64,000 nucleotides of DNA from Candidatus Sulfomarinibacteraceae bacterium (GTDB lineage: Bacteria > Acidobacteriota > Thermoanaerobaculia > Thermoanaerobaculales > Sulfomarinibacteraceae), in assembly GCA_963796455.1 (NCBI GenBank), contig CAWCLO010000001.1:1120001-1184000 (forward strand), given 5' to 3'. Both the position numbers and the translations under genes were made by a program. Shown in pieces: positions 1 through 10,149 of the stretch. Position 1 is the stretch's first letter. Every line of letters starts with the position of its first letter. The notes beneath the pieces are model-generated. The model searched no databases, was not told the DNA's origin, and saw only the letters and a list, made by a program, of their open reading frames with translations.

Positions 1-2
1 CC

Positions 3-230
3 CTGATCGACGCCGAAGACGAACCCACCGGTTTTGAGGGTCTTCAGGCGGCAGAACCGACCGATGGTATGTATATCGATCCCAATGGGTCGCCGCTCTA
101 TCTCCTTGGCGGGTTGGTCGTGAAAACGCCGGAGGAGCTGATCGAGGGCCTTGGAGATGCCGCGAAAGAGCTGCTGGCTTCAACGGGAGACACCGAAGTG
201 ACCCTCCAGCGTCTCGGAAGAATATTCTGA
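3..230 (+). CDS. 3' end of a hypothetical protein (partial, runs off window)
   Basis: Open frame from position 3 (LIDAEDEPTGFEG...LQRLGRIF) ending TGA at 228-230, 3 nt before the next ATG. Confidence 0.6.
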   Translation: MIDAEDEPTGFEGLQAAEPTDGMYIDPNGSPLYLLGGLVVKTPEELIEGLGDAAKELLASTGDTEVTLQRLGRIF

Positions 231-233
231 CCG

Positions 234-878
234 ATGCTGCGACGCTCGATTCCAGCCCTGTTGTTTGCCCTGATCGCGGTACCAGCGATGTCAATCGCCC
301 AGACGTCGGAGTGGCGTCTCGGCGGTCGCGTCCTCTACGTTTCGGCGGAAGCGACCAGTGAAATCGTTGGCGACACCGGTTATCAACTCAAGCTCGACTC
401 CGGACCGGGAATCGAATTCGACGCAAACGTCATGTTTTCGGAGCGCTTCGGAGCCGAATTCTCGATTGGCACATCGGCTCACCGCCTGAAGGCCATCGAG
501 ACCGACTGTTGCAGTCTGGACGGCGGTCGGGTCTGGCTTGTGCCGATCACCGCGATCGCCCTCTACCACCATCCGATCTATGGCGAATGGGATCCCTACA
601 TCGGCCTCGGAGTCGGCTGGTATCCGCCCTTCTACTCGATTTCCGGCGATCTTCAGAATACCGATGTCGAACGGCTCGACTTCGATGGAGAAGTGGGTCT
701 CGCCTTTCAGATCGGTGTCAATTACCAGCTCGACAACCGGTGGTACGCCAATTTCAACCTGCGTTCGACACAGGTCGCTCTCGAGGCCCGGGTCACTTCG
801 TCTGGAACCGACTACCCGCCGGTGAAGCTGAATATCAACCCGTTCACCATCGGTTTGGGCATCGGCTACAAGTACTGA
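234..878 (+). CDS. ompW: OmpW-family outer membrane beta-barrel protein
   Basis: Signal peptide, alternating beta-strands, PYIGLGVG and C-terminal INPFTIGLGIGYKY aromatic terminus. Confidence 0.8.
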   Translation: MLRRSIPALLFALIAVPAMSIAQTSEWRLGGRVLYVSAEATSEIVGDTGYQLKLDSGPGIEFDANVMFSERFGAEFSIGTSAHRLKAIETDCCSLDGGRVWLVPITAIALYHHPIYGEWDPYIGLGVGWYPPFYSISGDLQNTDVERLDFDGEVGLAFQIGVNYQLDNRWYANFNLRSTQVALEARVTSSGTDYPPVKLNINPFTIGLGIGYKY

Positions 879-888
879 AGAAGGCCAG

Positions 889-923
889 AGGCTAAAGGCT
901 TTAGGCTGTAAGCTATAGGCTGT
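889..923. repeat. Degenerate heptamer left arm (AGGCTNN x5)
   Basis: AGGCTAA AGGCTTT AGGCTGT AAGCTAT AGGCTGT; roughly the reverse complement of the 1048-1217 array. Confidence 0.65.
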
Positions 924-935
924 TGTGGCTTTGAT

Positions 936-1000
936 TCTGTCGCCCCTTCAGGGCTGGTTATTCGGGGAGGGCACGGTACCTGGGGCTCGCGCCCCAAGGG
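936..1000. repeat. REP-like palindromic element (CGCCCCTTCAGGGCT ... CCTGGGGCTCGCGCCCCAAGG)
   Basis: Two short GC hairpins inside the inverted heptamer arms. Confidence 0.45.
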
Positions 1001-1070
1001 TGCCGCGACGGACAATTCCAATTCTCTGATCCGGAGGCTGTTCGGTCACAGCCTTTGTCCTAAAGCTGAA

Positions 1071-1217
1071 AGCTCATAGCCCATAGCTCATAGCCCATAG
1101 CCCATAGCTCATAGCCCATAGCCCATAGCTCATAGCCCATAGCCCATAGCTCATAGCCCATAGCTCATAGCCCATAGCCCATAGCCCATAGCTCATAGCC
1201 CATAGCCCATAGCCCAT
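1071..1217. repeat. Tandem heptamer array AGCYCAT x21
   Basis: 21 units counted: 14 AGCCCAT and 7 AGCTCAT. Confidence 0.97.
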
Positions 1218-1239
1218 AGGCTTTTTGATTGCCCTCGAG

Positions 1240-1761
1240 CTACTGAGCGACTCCCTCGTCGGCAAAATCACCCGGATCGTACGAATCGCCGTCGCCGGCC
1301 CTTTTCATCTGTTCGCGGACCATCTGCATATGCTCGACTTCTTCCTGCCGGAGTTCGGTAAAAAGCTCCCGAACCTCCGGGTCCTCGACTTCCGGCAACG
1401 CGCCATCGAAGAACTCGAAGGCCTTGGTTTCAGCCGCGAGCGCCACCGCGAGCGCATCCTGGATGGTCATGAAGGTCTTCGCCACCTCGTATCCGGGTGC
1501 CTCCACGTCCCACAGCAATGAGCTATCGACGTTGGTTTCCTGGTCGCCAAAGAGCTCGTTTCGTTTGGCCCGCAGTTCCTCGCCGTGCTTGGCCTCACAC
1601 CCGACCATGAAGCGGAAGAAGCGTGCCGCGTCGGCGGTGTTGTGAAGCTCGAGATTGTCCGCCAGTTCGCTATACCGCTGCTCAGCCTCGTCCTCGACCA
1701 GAATCGCCAGATCGAGGGCATCTTTGATCGACAAATTCGCGAATTCGATGTCAACGCTCAT
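1240..1761 (-). CDS. Rubrerythrin/ferritin-like di-iron protein
   Basis: Paired E...ExxH motifs (EDEAEQRY...EAKH; ETKAFEFF...EVEH). Confidence 0.85.
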   Translation of the reverse strand: MSVDIEFANLSIKDALDLAILVEDEAEQRYSELADNLELHNTADAARFFRFMVGCEAKHGEELRAKRNELFGDQETNVDSSLLWDVEAPGYEVAKTFMTIQDALAVALAAETKAFEFFDGALPEVEDPEVRELFTELRQEEVEHMQMVREQMKRAGDGDSYDPGDFADEGVAQ

Positions 1762-1835
1762 TTTCCTGCCTACTCCCTTGAAGCTGTCCCGAACATGAAT
1801 GACTCTTCCTCTTCACCCCACCGACCTCAGCCTGA

Positions 1836-2621
1836 TCAGCCGAGGATGACTCCCCGCTTGGAAGTCGCGATGAATTCCAACACGAAATCAACATCCTTCT
1901 GACCCGCAAGCTCCTCATGGGCTTTTTCGACGGCTTGTGAGAGGTTGAGCTTCGGACTGTGAAGCAGCCGCCAAAGCTGTTTCAGCGCCTTCCGGCGGTC
2001 CTCCGAAAAACCCTTGCGTTCGAGACCGATGGTATTGGGCCCGTAACATTTTGGAGGACGGTTGCCGACTGTGCTCATGAACGGTAGACAGTCCTTGGCG
2101 GCGGCCGTAAAACCACCCAGGAACGCGTATTCGCCGACTCTGGTGAATTGGTGAATCGCAGTGATTGCACCTATTGTCGCGAAGTCGGCGACATCCACGT
2201 GTCCGGCCAAGGTGGCGTTGTTGGCGAAGATGGTGTTCGAACCCACGTTGCAGTCGTGCGCGATGTGGACGTAAGCCATGAAGAGGCTCGAACTGCCGAT
2301 ACGGGTCAGCCCACCACCACCGGGCGTGCCCCTGTGGAGCGTGACAAATTCGCGAAATGTATTGCCGTCACCGATTTCGAGGCGGGTCGCCTCACCTTCG
2401 TATTTGAGGTCCTGAGGCGGTGCGCCGACCGAGCAATGGCTTTCGAATCGATTGCCCACGCCGACGGAGGTCCCGGTACCGAACCTGCAAAACGGTCCGA
2501 TCTCGCAATCGGCACCGATCTCGACTCCATTCTCGATGACAGTGTAGGGGCCCACCGACACGCCATCGGCGATGACCGCGCCGGGATCAATGACCGAGCT
2601 CGGATGAATATGCGCCGGCAT
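1836..2621 (-). CDS. lpxA: UDP-N-acetylglucosamine acyltransferase
   Basis: IHPSSVID start, hexapeptide repeats, PQDLKY, HIAHDC; ATG at 2621 overlaps the fabZ stop. Confidence 0.95.
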   Translation of the reverse strand: MPAHIHPSSVIDPGAVIADGVSVGPYTVIENGVEIGADCEIGPFCRFGTGTSVGVGNRFESHCSVGAPPQDLKYEGEATRLEIGDGNTFREFVTLHRGTPGGGGLTRIGSSSLFMAYVHIAHDCNVGSNTIFANNATLAGHVDVADFATIGAITAIHQFTRVGEYAFLGGFTAAAKDCLPFMSTVGNRPPKCYGPNTIGLERKGFSEDRRKALKQLWRLLHSPKLNLSQAVEKAHEELAGQKDVDFVLEFIATSKRGVILG

Positions 2622-3049
2622 CAGCGGTCCGCCACGGCGCACATCAGTTCAGCTTCGCACACTACGTCACCATCAACCGTGGCACGTCCTCGAATCTTGG
2701 CGAAGCCTCGTTTTTTTGCCATGAGTTGGATCTCGAAGGTCAATTGATCCCCCGGCACGACCGGTTTTCGGAATCTGCATTTGTCGATGCCGGTGAAATA
2801 GATCAACTTATCTCCGCGATCCTCCATAGCGCTCAGGAGAAGAAACCCTCCCGCCTGCGCCATCGCCTCGACGATCAGGACCCCAGGCATCACCGGCACA
2901 CCGGGGAAATGACCCAGGAAATGGGGTTCGTTGAACGTCACGTTCTTGATGGCCCGAATGGACTCCTCGTCCATCTCGACAATCCGGTCGATGAGCAGGA
3001 ACGGGTAACGATGGGGCATCACCGCAAGGATCTCGCCGATATCTCTCAT
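2621..3049 (-). CDS. fabZ: 3-hydroxyacyl-ACP dehydratase
   Basis: [31 protein letters not shown]; start set at ATG 3049. Confidence 0.95.
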   Translation of the reverse strand: MRDIGEILAVMPHRYPFLLIDRIVEMDEESIRAIKNVTFNEPHFLGHFPGVPVMPGVLIVEAMAQAGGFLLLSAMEDRGDKLIYFTGIDKCRFRKPVVPGDQLTFEIQLMAKKRGFAKIRGRATVDGDVVCEAELMCAVADR

Positions 3050-4077
3050 GATTTCTCCTCCAACTCGGTGAGACGCCTCTCGAGCATTTTGACCGTGTCG
3101 CGCAATTTGCCGATACGCTGCACGTTGGCCTGTGTCTTGAGCCATTCGGCATGGGGCCGTCCCGGGTACCCGGAAAGTGTCACGCCGTCGGGCACGTCCT
3201 TGATGGCTACAGCACGGGCCGCGAGCACGACGCCGTTGCCGATCTTGAGGTGTCCCGAACACCCGGACTGACCGGCAAAAACCGTATGGTGCCCGATCTT
3301 GCTCGAACCCGAGATCCCGACCTGCGCCACCAACAGACAATGTTCGCCGATCTCGACGTTGTGGGCGATCTGGACGAGATTGTCGACCTTTGTGCCGCGA
3401 CCGATCCGGGTCTCGCCGAGCGCTGCGCGATCGACACAGACATTGGCGCCGAGCTCGACATCATCTTCGATCACGACGATGCCAACCTGTCGCACCTTGT
3501 GATGCACGCCCTCGACGGTGGCAAATCCGAAACCGTCGGCGCCGATCACCGTCCCGGAGTGGACGATGCATCGGTCGCCGAGTCGGCAGTGGTCCTCAAC
3601 GACCACCCTTGGATGGAGCCGGCAGTCTGAACCGACGACCACACCGCGGCCCAATATACAGCCCGCAGAGATGACGGTGTTGCTTCCGATGGAGGCACCA
3701 CCGCCAACGGTTGCGAGCGGGCCCACGGATGATCCATCGCCAACGACCGCATCTTCGGCCACAACCGCCGTTGGGTGAATTCCCGCGGGCGGCCGTTCGA
3801 TCGGATGGAAGACATCCACGGCCCTTGCCAAGGCCATGTACGGCTCCTTGCACACAAGAAGGTTGCGGTCCGGGAGCACGGCCGGATCCGCCACCAGAAT
3901 GGCGCCCGCCTTCGAGGCTCGAGCCTCCTCCACATATTTCGGATTGTGAAGAAAACTCAGATCATGAGCTTCCGCCGAATCGAGGGGACGCACCCCTCGA
4001 ATCAACACATCTCCATCACCGACCACCTCGGCCCCGAGATCGACCGCGAGGTCGCCAAGCCGAACCGACTGTGTCAC
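3046..4077 (-). CDS. lpxD: UDP-3-O-acylglucosamine N-acyltransferase
   Basis: Hexapeptide repeats, [19 protein letters not shown]. Confidence 0.95.
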   Translation of the reverse strand: MTQSVRLGDLAVDLGAEVVGDGDVLIRGVRPLDSAEAHDLSFLHNPKYVEEARASKAGAILVADPAVLPDRNLLVCKEPYMALARAVDVFHPIERPPAGIHPTAVVAEDAVVGDGSSVGPLATVGGGASIGSNTVISAGCILGRGVVVGSDCRLHPRVVVEDHCRLGDRCIVHSGTVIGADGFGFATVEGVHHKVRQVGIVVIEDDVELGANVCVDRAALGETRIGRGTKVDNLVQIAHNVEIGEHCLLVAQVGISGSSKIGHHTVFAGQSGCSGHLKIGNGVVLAARAVAIKDVPDGVTLSGYPGRPHAEWLKTQANVQRIGKLRDTVKMLERRLTELEEKS

Positions 4078-4592
4078 TGGACGGTGTTGAACCTCTGAAT
4101 GACCTCGTCCGTGATATCGACCGTCTCATCGGCATACACCAGACCGGACTGGAATTTGTTGAAGATCATCGTGATCCCCTTTTCCTGACCGATCTGATTG
4201 ATGATTGGCAGAATCCTCTCTTCGAGTCCACCGAGCTCTCGCCGGCGTGCCTCTTCGAGCTCTCGCTTGGCATCATCCTCGAAACGACGGATGGCGATCG
4301 TCTTGTCCTCGAGCTCTTTGTTCATTTCCGCCAGGCGTTCCTCGGAAACGGTGAAACGCTGTTTGTTGAACTGGTCCTGAAGGTTGGCGAGGTCCTGCTG
4401 CAGGCCCTGGCCTTCCTGGACCTTGGCGTCGGACAGCACCTTCAGCTTCTGGATGGCTTGTTTGCCGGGATCGGACTCGGAAACTACCCGCTGAACATCG
4501 ATGACGGCGAGGCTGCCTTGCGCCGCCGCCGGAATCGCTATCGCCATCACGAGCGCGGCCACTGCCGCCACAAAACATTTCGAACGATACAT
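4074..4592 (-). CDS. skp: OmpH/Skp periplasmic chaperone
   Basis: Signal peptide, AVIDVQRV, helical body, DITDEVI end; GGAGG before ATG 4592; located between bamA and lpxD. Confidence 0.9.
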   Translation of the reverse strand: MYRSKCFVAAVAALVMAIAIPAAAQGSLAVIDVQRVVSESDPGKQAIQKLKVLSDAKVQEGQGLQQDLANLQDQFNKQRFTVSEERLAEMNKELEDKTIAIRRFEDDAKRELEEARRRELGGLEERILPIINQIGQEKGITMIFNKFQSGLVYADETVDITDEVIQRFNTVQ

Positions 4593-4608
4593 GAGGTCCT
4601 CCATATGC

Positions 4609-7029
4609 TTAAAATGTGGTCCCGATCGAGAACTGGAAATCACTCTGTTTCTCGTCCGGGTACGGGTCAAGATTGTAACCATAAATAAACCGAATGGGAG
4701 CCTGGAAGATGGGGAGGAAGATCCGGATCTCAGCACCGGTGGTCCGTCGCCAGAGACTGAAATCCCAGCCCTGCTCATCAACATAGGTATTGCCTGTATC
4801 AAAGAAGAGCACCAACTTGACCGGCCCGCCGATACGAAACTGATATTCGAAATTCAACTGCCAGTATCGATCTCCACCGATGCGAGATCCCCCGGGCGAG
4901 AGGAAGTAAAAACCCTCCTCGGTTCGGGGCAGGACCGAGTAATAGGGAATGCCGCGCAGCGATCGGTCACCGCCGAGGCGATACCGTTCGTAGATCGGGA
5001 TCTCCGAATTGTTGTAGGTGAGGAACTGTCCCGCCTCACCGTGGAAGGCCAGGGTGGCCTTTTTGCCCCACGGATGGAAAATCGTATAGCCGATCTCCGG
5101 TCGCACATAGTCGTAGTCGCCACCGAGGATTCCACCGGCCAGCCTCATCCTCAAATGGTAGGCTTTTCCCCTATTGGGGTCGAAAGGGTCATCCTTCGAG
5201 TCGAAATTGTATCCCGGGGTGAAGGAATGGGTCTTGCCGGTGAATTCCTCGAAGGCATATTCGAAGGACTGACCGTCGATCGGTGGGATGCTCGACGGCC
5301 GGTTGTGGCCGGAAGTCGGGTCGCCGATGGTTCCCCCCTGACTCACCACGAAGCGGGAATAATCATCCTGAAAGGACAGGATGCCAGACACCGACGAAAA
5401 GGGGCCGACCCCGAGACCGGTGGAGAGCGAAAAGCCCCTGGTGGTGCGTTCGTAGTCCGAGCGACCGGCGTTGGTCACTTTGATGCTGCTTTGATAGATC
5501 GAAGCACCCAGAAGAATCCGGCGATCCAGGAAATAGGGTTCGGTGTAACTCAGTGAATACAGGTCCGTGCGACGACCCAATTGCAGGGACACGCCGAGGG
5601 TGTTGCCCCGTCCCATGAGGTTCCGGGTGTTGAACTGCCCCTGGATGAAGAAACCGTCAAGCTCGGAGTAGCCGGCCCCGAACTGAATATCGTTGCGACC
5701 GACCTCATTGCCTCTGACCTTGACATTCACCTTTCGGTTCTCATCGTCAAAATCAAATTCGAGAGGCTCTTCTTCGAGTTTCCAGTAACCGAGGGCATTG
5801 ACCTTGAAAACCGAGGCCCGGAAAATGGCCATATTCATGTACTGACCCTCGGAAATTCGAAATTCACGGCGTAGAACCTTGTCACGGGTCGTCGTATTGC
5901 CGACGAACTCGAGCCGACCCAATCGGAACCGTTCACCCTCGAAGACATCGACGACCACATCGACGACATAGTCCTCGCCCTCACGCCGCGCGAAGGTCTG
6001 GTTGGTATATGCGTAGACGTAGCCCGAGTTGTGATAGCCCTCGCGGATCTTCTCCATTCCTTCCTCGATCACCTTGCGGTTGTACAACCCCCCTTCCTGG
6101 ACCGGGAAGACCGACTGGGTGAACTCGGGTCGGAAAATTTCCGCACCCTCCACCTTGAAAGACCCCAACGTATAAGCGGGGCCCTCCTCGACGGGAATGG
6201 TGATGTTCATTTGGTACTTCTTCTTTTTCAGGGTTTCGGCGTCGGGCTTTTTGGCAATCAACTCGATAACGGGCTCGCCGATCTTGACATCGATATAGCC
6301 CTTGTTGCCATAGAAGTTTCGCAGGTTGTCGCGATCTGTATCCCAGTTTTCCCGGGTGTAGATCAACTTCCCACCAAAGAAGTTGCGGAGGCTTTTTTGC
6401 TTGGTCTCCTCGAGCACCCCTCTCAGCTTCGAGTCCTTGAACACGGTGTTTCCAGCAAAATCAATGGAACTGATCTTGACCTTGCCACCCTCGTCGATGA
6501 AATAGGTGATCTGCTTTTTGTTGGCCGCCGCATCCGCCACTTCGTACCGGACCTGAGCCGAACGAAATCCGTCGGTATCGTAGACCTCCTTGATCGCAGA
6601 TTGGATGCGCCCCAATTGCGCCATCTTGAGCGGCACATTGCGTGGGATCTCCACACCTTTTTCATCGAGCTTGTCTTTGAGGTCGGCCGTCTTGATCTTC
6701 TTGTTGCCCTCGAAAAGAACGGTTGTGACAAAGGGCCGCTCGATGACCACGATGTACAAGTTGACCGTCCCGTCGCCGTTGTCCTCGGCATCAACCTGAA
6801 TGTCCTCGAACAGCCCTGAGTCCCACAGCCGCCGATAGCCGTCGGTGATCAACTCGATATCCACCGGATCCTCGGGTTCCAGCCCGAGATAGTAGGAAAC
6901 CGTATCGACAGTCAGGGTCACGCCGCCCTCGACAACGATGTCGCGAATGATCATCTCGCCCTCTTGCGCGGACGCACCGACCGCACCGAGGCACAGAAGA
7001 CAGACGAGCAGGGCAGTGGAAAGCCTCAC
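4609..7029 (-). CDS. bamA: Outer membrane protein assembly factor BamA
   Basis: POTRA repeats (GNTTTRDKVLRRE), LGGDRSLRG loop motif, C-terminal FQFSIGTTF. Confidence 0.95.
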   Translation of the reverse strand: MRLSTALLVCLLCLGAVGASAQEGEMIIRDIVVEGGVTLTVDTVSYYLGLEPEDPVDIELITDGYRRLWDSGLFEDIQVDAEDNGDGTVNLYIVVIERPFVTTVLFEGNKKIKTADLKDKLDEKGVEIPRNVPLKMAQLGRIQSAIKEVYDTDGFRSAQVRYEVADAAANKKQITYFIDEGGKVKISSIDFAGNTVFKDSKLRGVLEETKQKSLRNFFGGKLIYTRENWDTDRDNLRNFYGNKGYIDVKIGEPVIELIAKKPDAETLKKKKYQMNITIPVEEGPAYTLGSFKVEGAEIFRPEFTQSVFPVQEGGLYNRKVIEEGMEKIREGYHNSGYVYAYTNQTFARREGEDYVVDVVVDVFEGERFRLGRLEFVGNTTTRDKVLRREFRISEGQYMNMAIFRASVFKVNALGYWKLEEEPLEFDFDDENRKVNVKVRGNEVGRNDIQFGAGYSELDGFFIQGQFNTRNLMGRGNTLGVSLQLGRRTDLYSLSYTEPYFLDRRILLGASIYQSSIKVTNAGRSDYERTTRGFSLSTGLGVGPFSSVSGILSFQDDYSRFVVSQGGTIGDPTSGHNRPSSIPPIDGQSFEYAFEEFTGKTHSFTPGYNFDSKDDPFDPNRGKAYHLRMRLAGGILGGDYDYVRPEIGYTIFHPWGKKATLAFHGEAGQFLTYNNSEIPIYERYRLGGDRSLRGIPYYSVLPRTEEGFYFLSPGGSRIGGDRYWQLNFEYQFRIGGPVKLVLFFDTGNTYVDEQGWDFSLWRRTTGAEIRIFLPIFQAPIRFIYGYNLDPYPDEKQSDFQFSIGTTF

Positions 7030-9464
7030 GCGTTCCGCCCCTGGGTAACCACATCCCGACCCTTGGCTCGAACAACCGGCCGGTCTTCTTCAACCAGTAC
7101 CCGGATGTCGACATGATCCGTTGTCCGGTTCTGAATCAGGTAGTCCGCAACAGCGTCTTCGACCCACAACTTGACCAAACGGCGCAGAGGTCGCGCCCCC
7201 GCCTGCGGGTCCAGTCCGCATTGCGAGAACAACCAACCCGCCACCTCGGGCGCGAACTCGATCACCACGTTTTTCTTGGCCAGCACAGTCGCCGTCTCCT
7301 CGAGCAGGATGCGCGCCACATCCAGCATGCTTTTTTCATCGAGCGCTCCAAAGACAATGACCTCATCCAGACGATTGATGAACTCCGGCGGAAAGTGCCG
7401 TCGCAGTTCCCGGTCGACCAGATCGCGCACCTGAGAGCTTTCGATGCCGGCGCCGTCACCGGCAAATCCCATCCGATCACCTTCAACCAGCTCTCGCCCA
7501 CCGAGATTCGAGGTCATGATGATCAGGGCGTTTGTGAAATCGATGACGTTGCCGTAGTTGTCCGTCAATCTGCCGTCTTCCAGGACCTGGAGGAGCAGAT
7601 TGTAGACGTCGGGGTGCGCCTTTTCGATCTCGTCGAGCAGAACGACCGAATAGGGGTTGCGACGAACCTGCTCGGACAGCTGGCCTCCCTCTTCAAAACC
7701 GACATAGCCGGGGGGCGACCCGATCAGTCTCGAGACTGTATGTTTTTCCATGTACTCCGACATATCGAATCGCACGAAGCGCCGGGGATCCTGAAAGAGA
7801 AAACCCGCCAGTTGTCGCGCGACCTCGGTTTTGCCCACACCCGAAGGCCCAAGGAAAATAAAGGACCCGATCGGGCGATTCGGGCTCGCAACCCCGAGAC
7901 GGCTGCGGCGAATCGCCTTCGCAACCGCCTGGATCGCATCATCCTGACCGACAACCCGCTGACGAAGGATCTCCTCCATCCGTTGCAGGCGATCAGCCTC
8001 ATCTTCACCGATCGAACTCACCGGGATTCCCGTCCAGGACGCCACCACGTCTTCGATGTCGGCTCGTTCAACGACAATCTGCTCGGGCGGCTCATCGGCA
8101 TGGGTGGTCTCGAGCATCTCGAGCTCTTCGCGAAGCCGCAGTTCCTCTTCACGAAGATCGACGGCGCGCTCGAAATCCTTCAGCGAAATGGCCTCCTTCA
8201 TGCGGGCCACTACTTCGCGTATTTCGTGTTGCACCCGTCGCAGCGACGAGGTCGACGAGACCTGACGCAGTTTGACCCGTGCCCCCGCCTCGTCCAACAC
8301 ATCGATAGCCTTGTCGGGAAAGGCGCGGTCGGTGATATATCGACCGGCATGGGTCACGGCGGCCTTGATCGATTCCGCGGAGTAGCGGACGCCGTGAAAC
8401 TCCTCGTATCGACTCTGGACTCCTTCGAGAATGTTGACGGTTTCGTCTTCGCTTGGCTGTCGAATATTGACCGCCTGGAATCGGCGCGACAGCGCGCGGT
8501 CCTTTTCGACATACTTTCGGTATTCACGGACTGTGGTTGCACCGATACAGGTGATCTCGCCCCGCGACAGGGCCGGTTTGATGATGTTGGCCGCATCCAG
8601 GGATCCTTCGGCCGAACCGGTCCCGATCAAGGAGTGGATTTCATCGATGAAAATGATGATCTCGGGATGATCTTGAAGCTCTTTGAGCAGGCCTTTCAGC
8701 CGTTCTTCAAACTGACCACGATATTTGGTGCCGGCAACCAACAGCGACAGATCAAGGGCCAGAATCCGGCGATCGGCAAGCAGCATCGGGACCGATCCCT
8801 CGACGATACGGGTCGCCAGACCCTCGACGATGGCGGTCTTGCCGACTCCTGACTCTCCCAACAAGAGCGGGTTGTTCTTGGTCCGCCGGCTGAGAATCTG
8901 CACCATCCGTTCGACTTCCTGCTCACGACCGATCAAAGGATCGAAGGAACCGTCAACGGCGAGTGTCGTCAGATCACGCGAGTACTCGGCCATGTGCGGG
9001 GTGGCCTGGGCAGTGGCCTCGGCTTCGAGTTCGCGACCGCGGCGAACGACATCCTCCCGCAATTGGAAAAGGTCCAGACCGCGGGCATTGAGATACTGAG
9101 CCGCCGTCGAGCCTTCGACCCGCAGGAGGCCGAGGACGAGGTGCTCGGACCCAACGTTTGCGTGACCCATGCTCTCGGCTTCGTGAACCGCGAAGGCCAA
9201 CGCCTTCTTGGTTTCTTCGGCCAGGGGTAGATCCGGTGAAGTACTCACCCGCTCCAAGCTGACCCGGTCGCCGAGCAGTTCGTCGCGCAGTTCTCGAGCC
9301 ACAACGCCTTTGTCGGCGAGCAACTCGCCAAATTCAGGATCAGCCTCACGCAGCATACCCAGAAGGACGTGCTGCGTTCCGATCGACCGACTGCTCGAGC
9401 GACTCGCCTCGTAGCGAGCAAAGAACAGACTACGCCGTACGTGTTCGTTGAATCGTTCAAACAT
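7026..9464 (-). CDS. clpC: ATP-dependent Clp protease ATP-binding subunit (ClpC-type)
   Basis: MFERF Clp-N domain, two Walker A motifs (GESGVGKT, GPSGVGKT), UVR-like middle coiled coil. Confidence 0.92.
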   Translation of the reverse strand: MFERFNEHVRRSLFFARYEASRSSSRSIGTQHVLLGMLREADPEFGELLADKGVVARELRDELLGDRVSLERVSTSPDLPLAEETKKALAFAVHEAESMGHANVGSEHLVLGLLRVEGSTAAQYLNARGLDLFQLREDVVRRGRELEAEATAQATPHMAEYSRDLTTLAVDGSFDPLIGREQEVERMVQILSRRTKNNPLLLGESGVGKTAIVEGLATRIVEGSVPMLLADRRILALDLSLLVAGTKYRGQFEERLKGLLKELQDHPEIIIFIDEIHSLIGTGSAEGSLDAANIIKPALSRGEITCIGATTVREYRKYVEKDRALSRRFQAVNIRQPSEDETVNILEGVQSRYEEFHGVRYSAESIKAAVTHAGRYITDRAFPDKAIDVLDEAGARVKLRQVSSTSSLRRVQHEIREVVARMKEAISLKDFERAVDLREEELRLREELEMLETTHADEPPEQIVVERADIEDVVASWTGIPVSSIGEDEADRLQRMEEILRQRVVGQDDAIQAVAKAIRRSRLGVASPNRPIGSFIFLGPSGVGKTEVARQLAGFLFQDPRRFVRFDMSEYMEKHTVSRLIGSPPGYVGFEEGGQLSEQVRRNPYSVVLLDEIEKAHPDVYNLLLQVLEDGRLTDNYGNVIDFTNALIIMTSNLGGRELVEGDRMGFAGDGAGIESSQVRDLVDRELRRHFPPEFINRLDEVIVFGALDEKSMLDVARILLEETATVLAKKNVVIEFAPEVAGWLFSQCGLDPQAGARPLRRLVKLWVEDAVADYLIQNRTTDHVDIRVLVEEDRPVVRAKGRDVVTQGRNA

Positions 9465-10149
9465 ATTCGAAACGTTCGCCCGCAGGCGCTAGGCGAAAGA
9501 CGCCATCACACATGCGGGCCATCTCCTCGTCGTGGGTCACTATAATTGATGTCAATCCGGCCAGCAAATGCAGCTCACGGACCAGAGCGAAGACCTGCTC
9601 AGAGTTGGCGCGGTCGAGGTTGCCGGTGGGTTCGTCCGCGAGCAACAGTCTCGGCTTCATGGCGAGGGCCCTGGCAACTGCCACCCGTTGTTGCTCCCCG
9701 CCCGATAGCTGGTCGGGAAAGTGATGGGCACGAGCCTCGAGAGACACGGCCTCCAACAGCTCATCCGCCCGCGCACGCGCCGGCCCGGCGGCCTGGCCGT
9801 TGATGCGAAGAGGAAGCGCGATATTGTCGCGCGCATCGAGTTCGTCGAGCAGATAGTGGTGCTGAAAGACAAAACCGATCATCTCGTTGCGCAGCCGGGC
9901 TCGTTGTTCGCCGTCGAAATCACCAACTTCGCGGCCATCGAGGATCAGACTGCCTTCGTCCGGCCGGTCGAGCAGACCGACGATGTGGAGCAGGGTGCTC
10001 TTACCGACGCCGGACGGCCCGACCACTGCCAGAAGCTGACCCGATTGAAGATCGAAATCGAGCTTCTGCAACACCTCGACACGGGTGCTTCCCACGCCAA
10101 AGCCTTTTGTGACTCCACGCATCTCGACCAGCGGTCTGGACTCACTCAT
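9457..10149 (-). CDS. lolD: Lipoprotein-releasing ABC transporter ATPase
   Basis: GPSGVGKST, LSGGEQQR, DEPTGNLD. Confidence 0.85.
   Translation of the reverse strand: MSESRPLVEMRGVTKGFGVGSTRVEVLQKLDFDLQSGQLLAVVGPSGVGKSTLLHIVGLLDRPDEGSLILDGREVGDFDGEQRARLRNEMIGFVFQHHYLLDELDARDNIALPLRINGQAAGPARARADELLEAVSLEARAHHFPDQLSGGEQQRVAVARALAMKPRLLLADEPTGNLDRANSEQVFALVRELHLLAGLTSIIVTHDEEMARMCDGVFRLAPAGERFEYV

Noticed and set aside
1074..1271. ORFs with periodic peptides (YGLWAMS; also LGAWGLG/PKPQAPS at 13765-14035 and SRGAEEQR/LLCSSAP at 24870-25411)
   Set aside because: These are translations of 7- and 8-bp DNA tandem repeats, open in several frames with no RBS; not credible proteins.
7113..8852. Long antisense ORFs (also 11512-13188, 21702-23342, 31245-32882, 38586-39929, 41031-41990, 52282-53322)
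   Set aside because: Shadow frames opposite well-supported genes, as expected from high-GC codon bias; no recognisable motifs.
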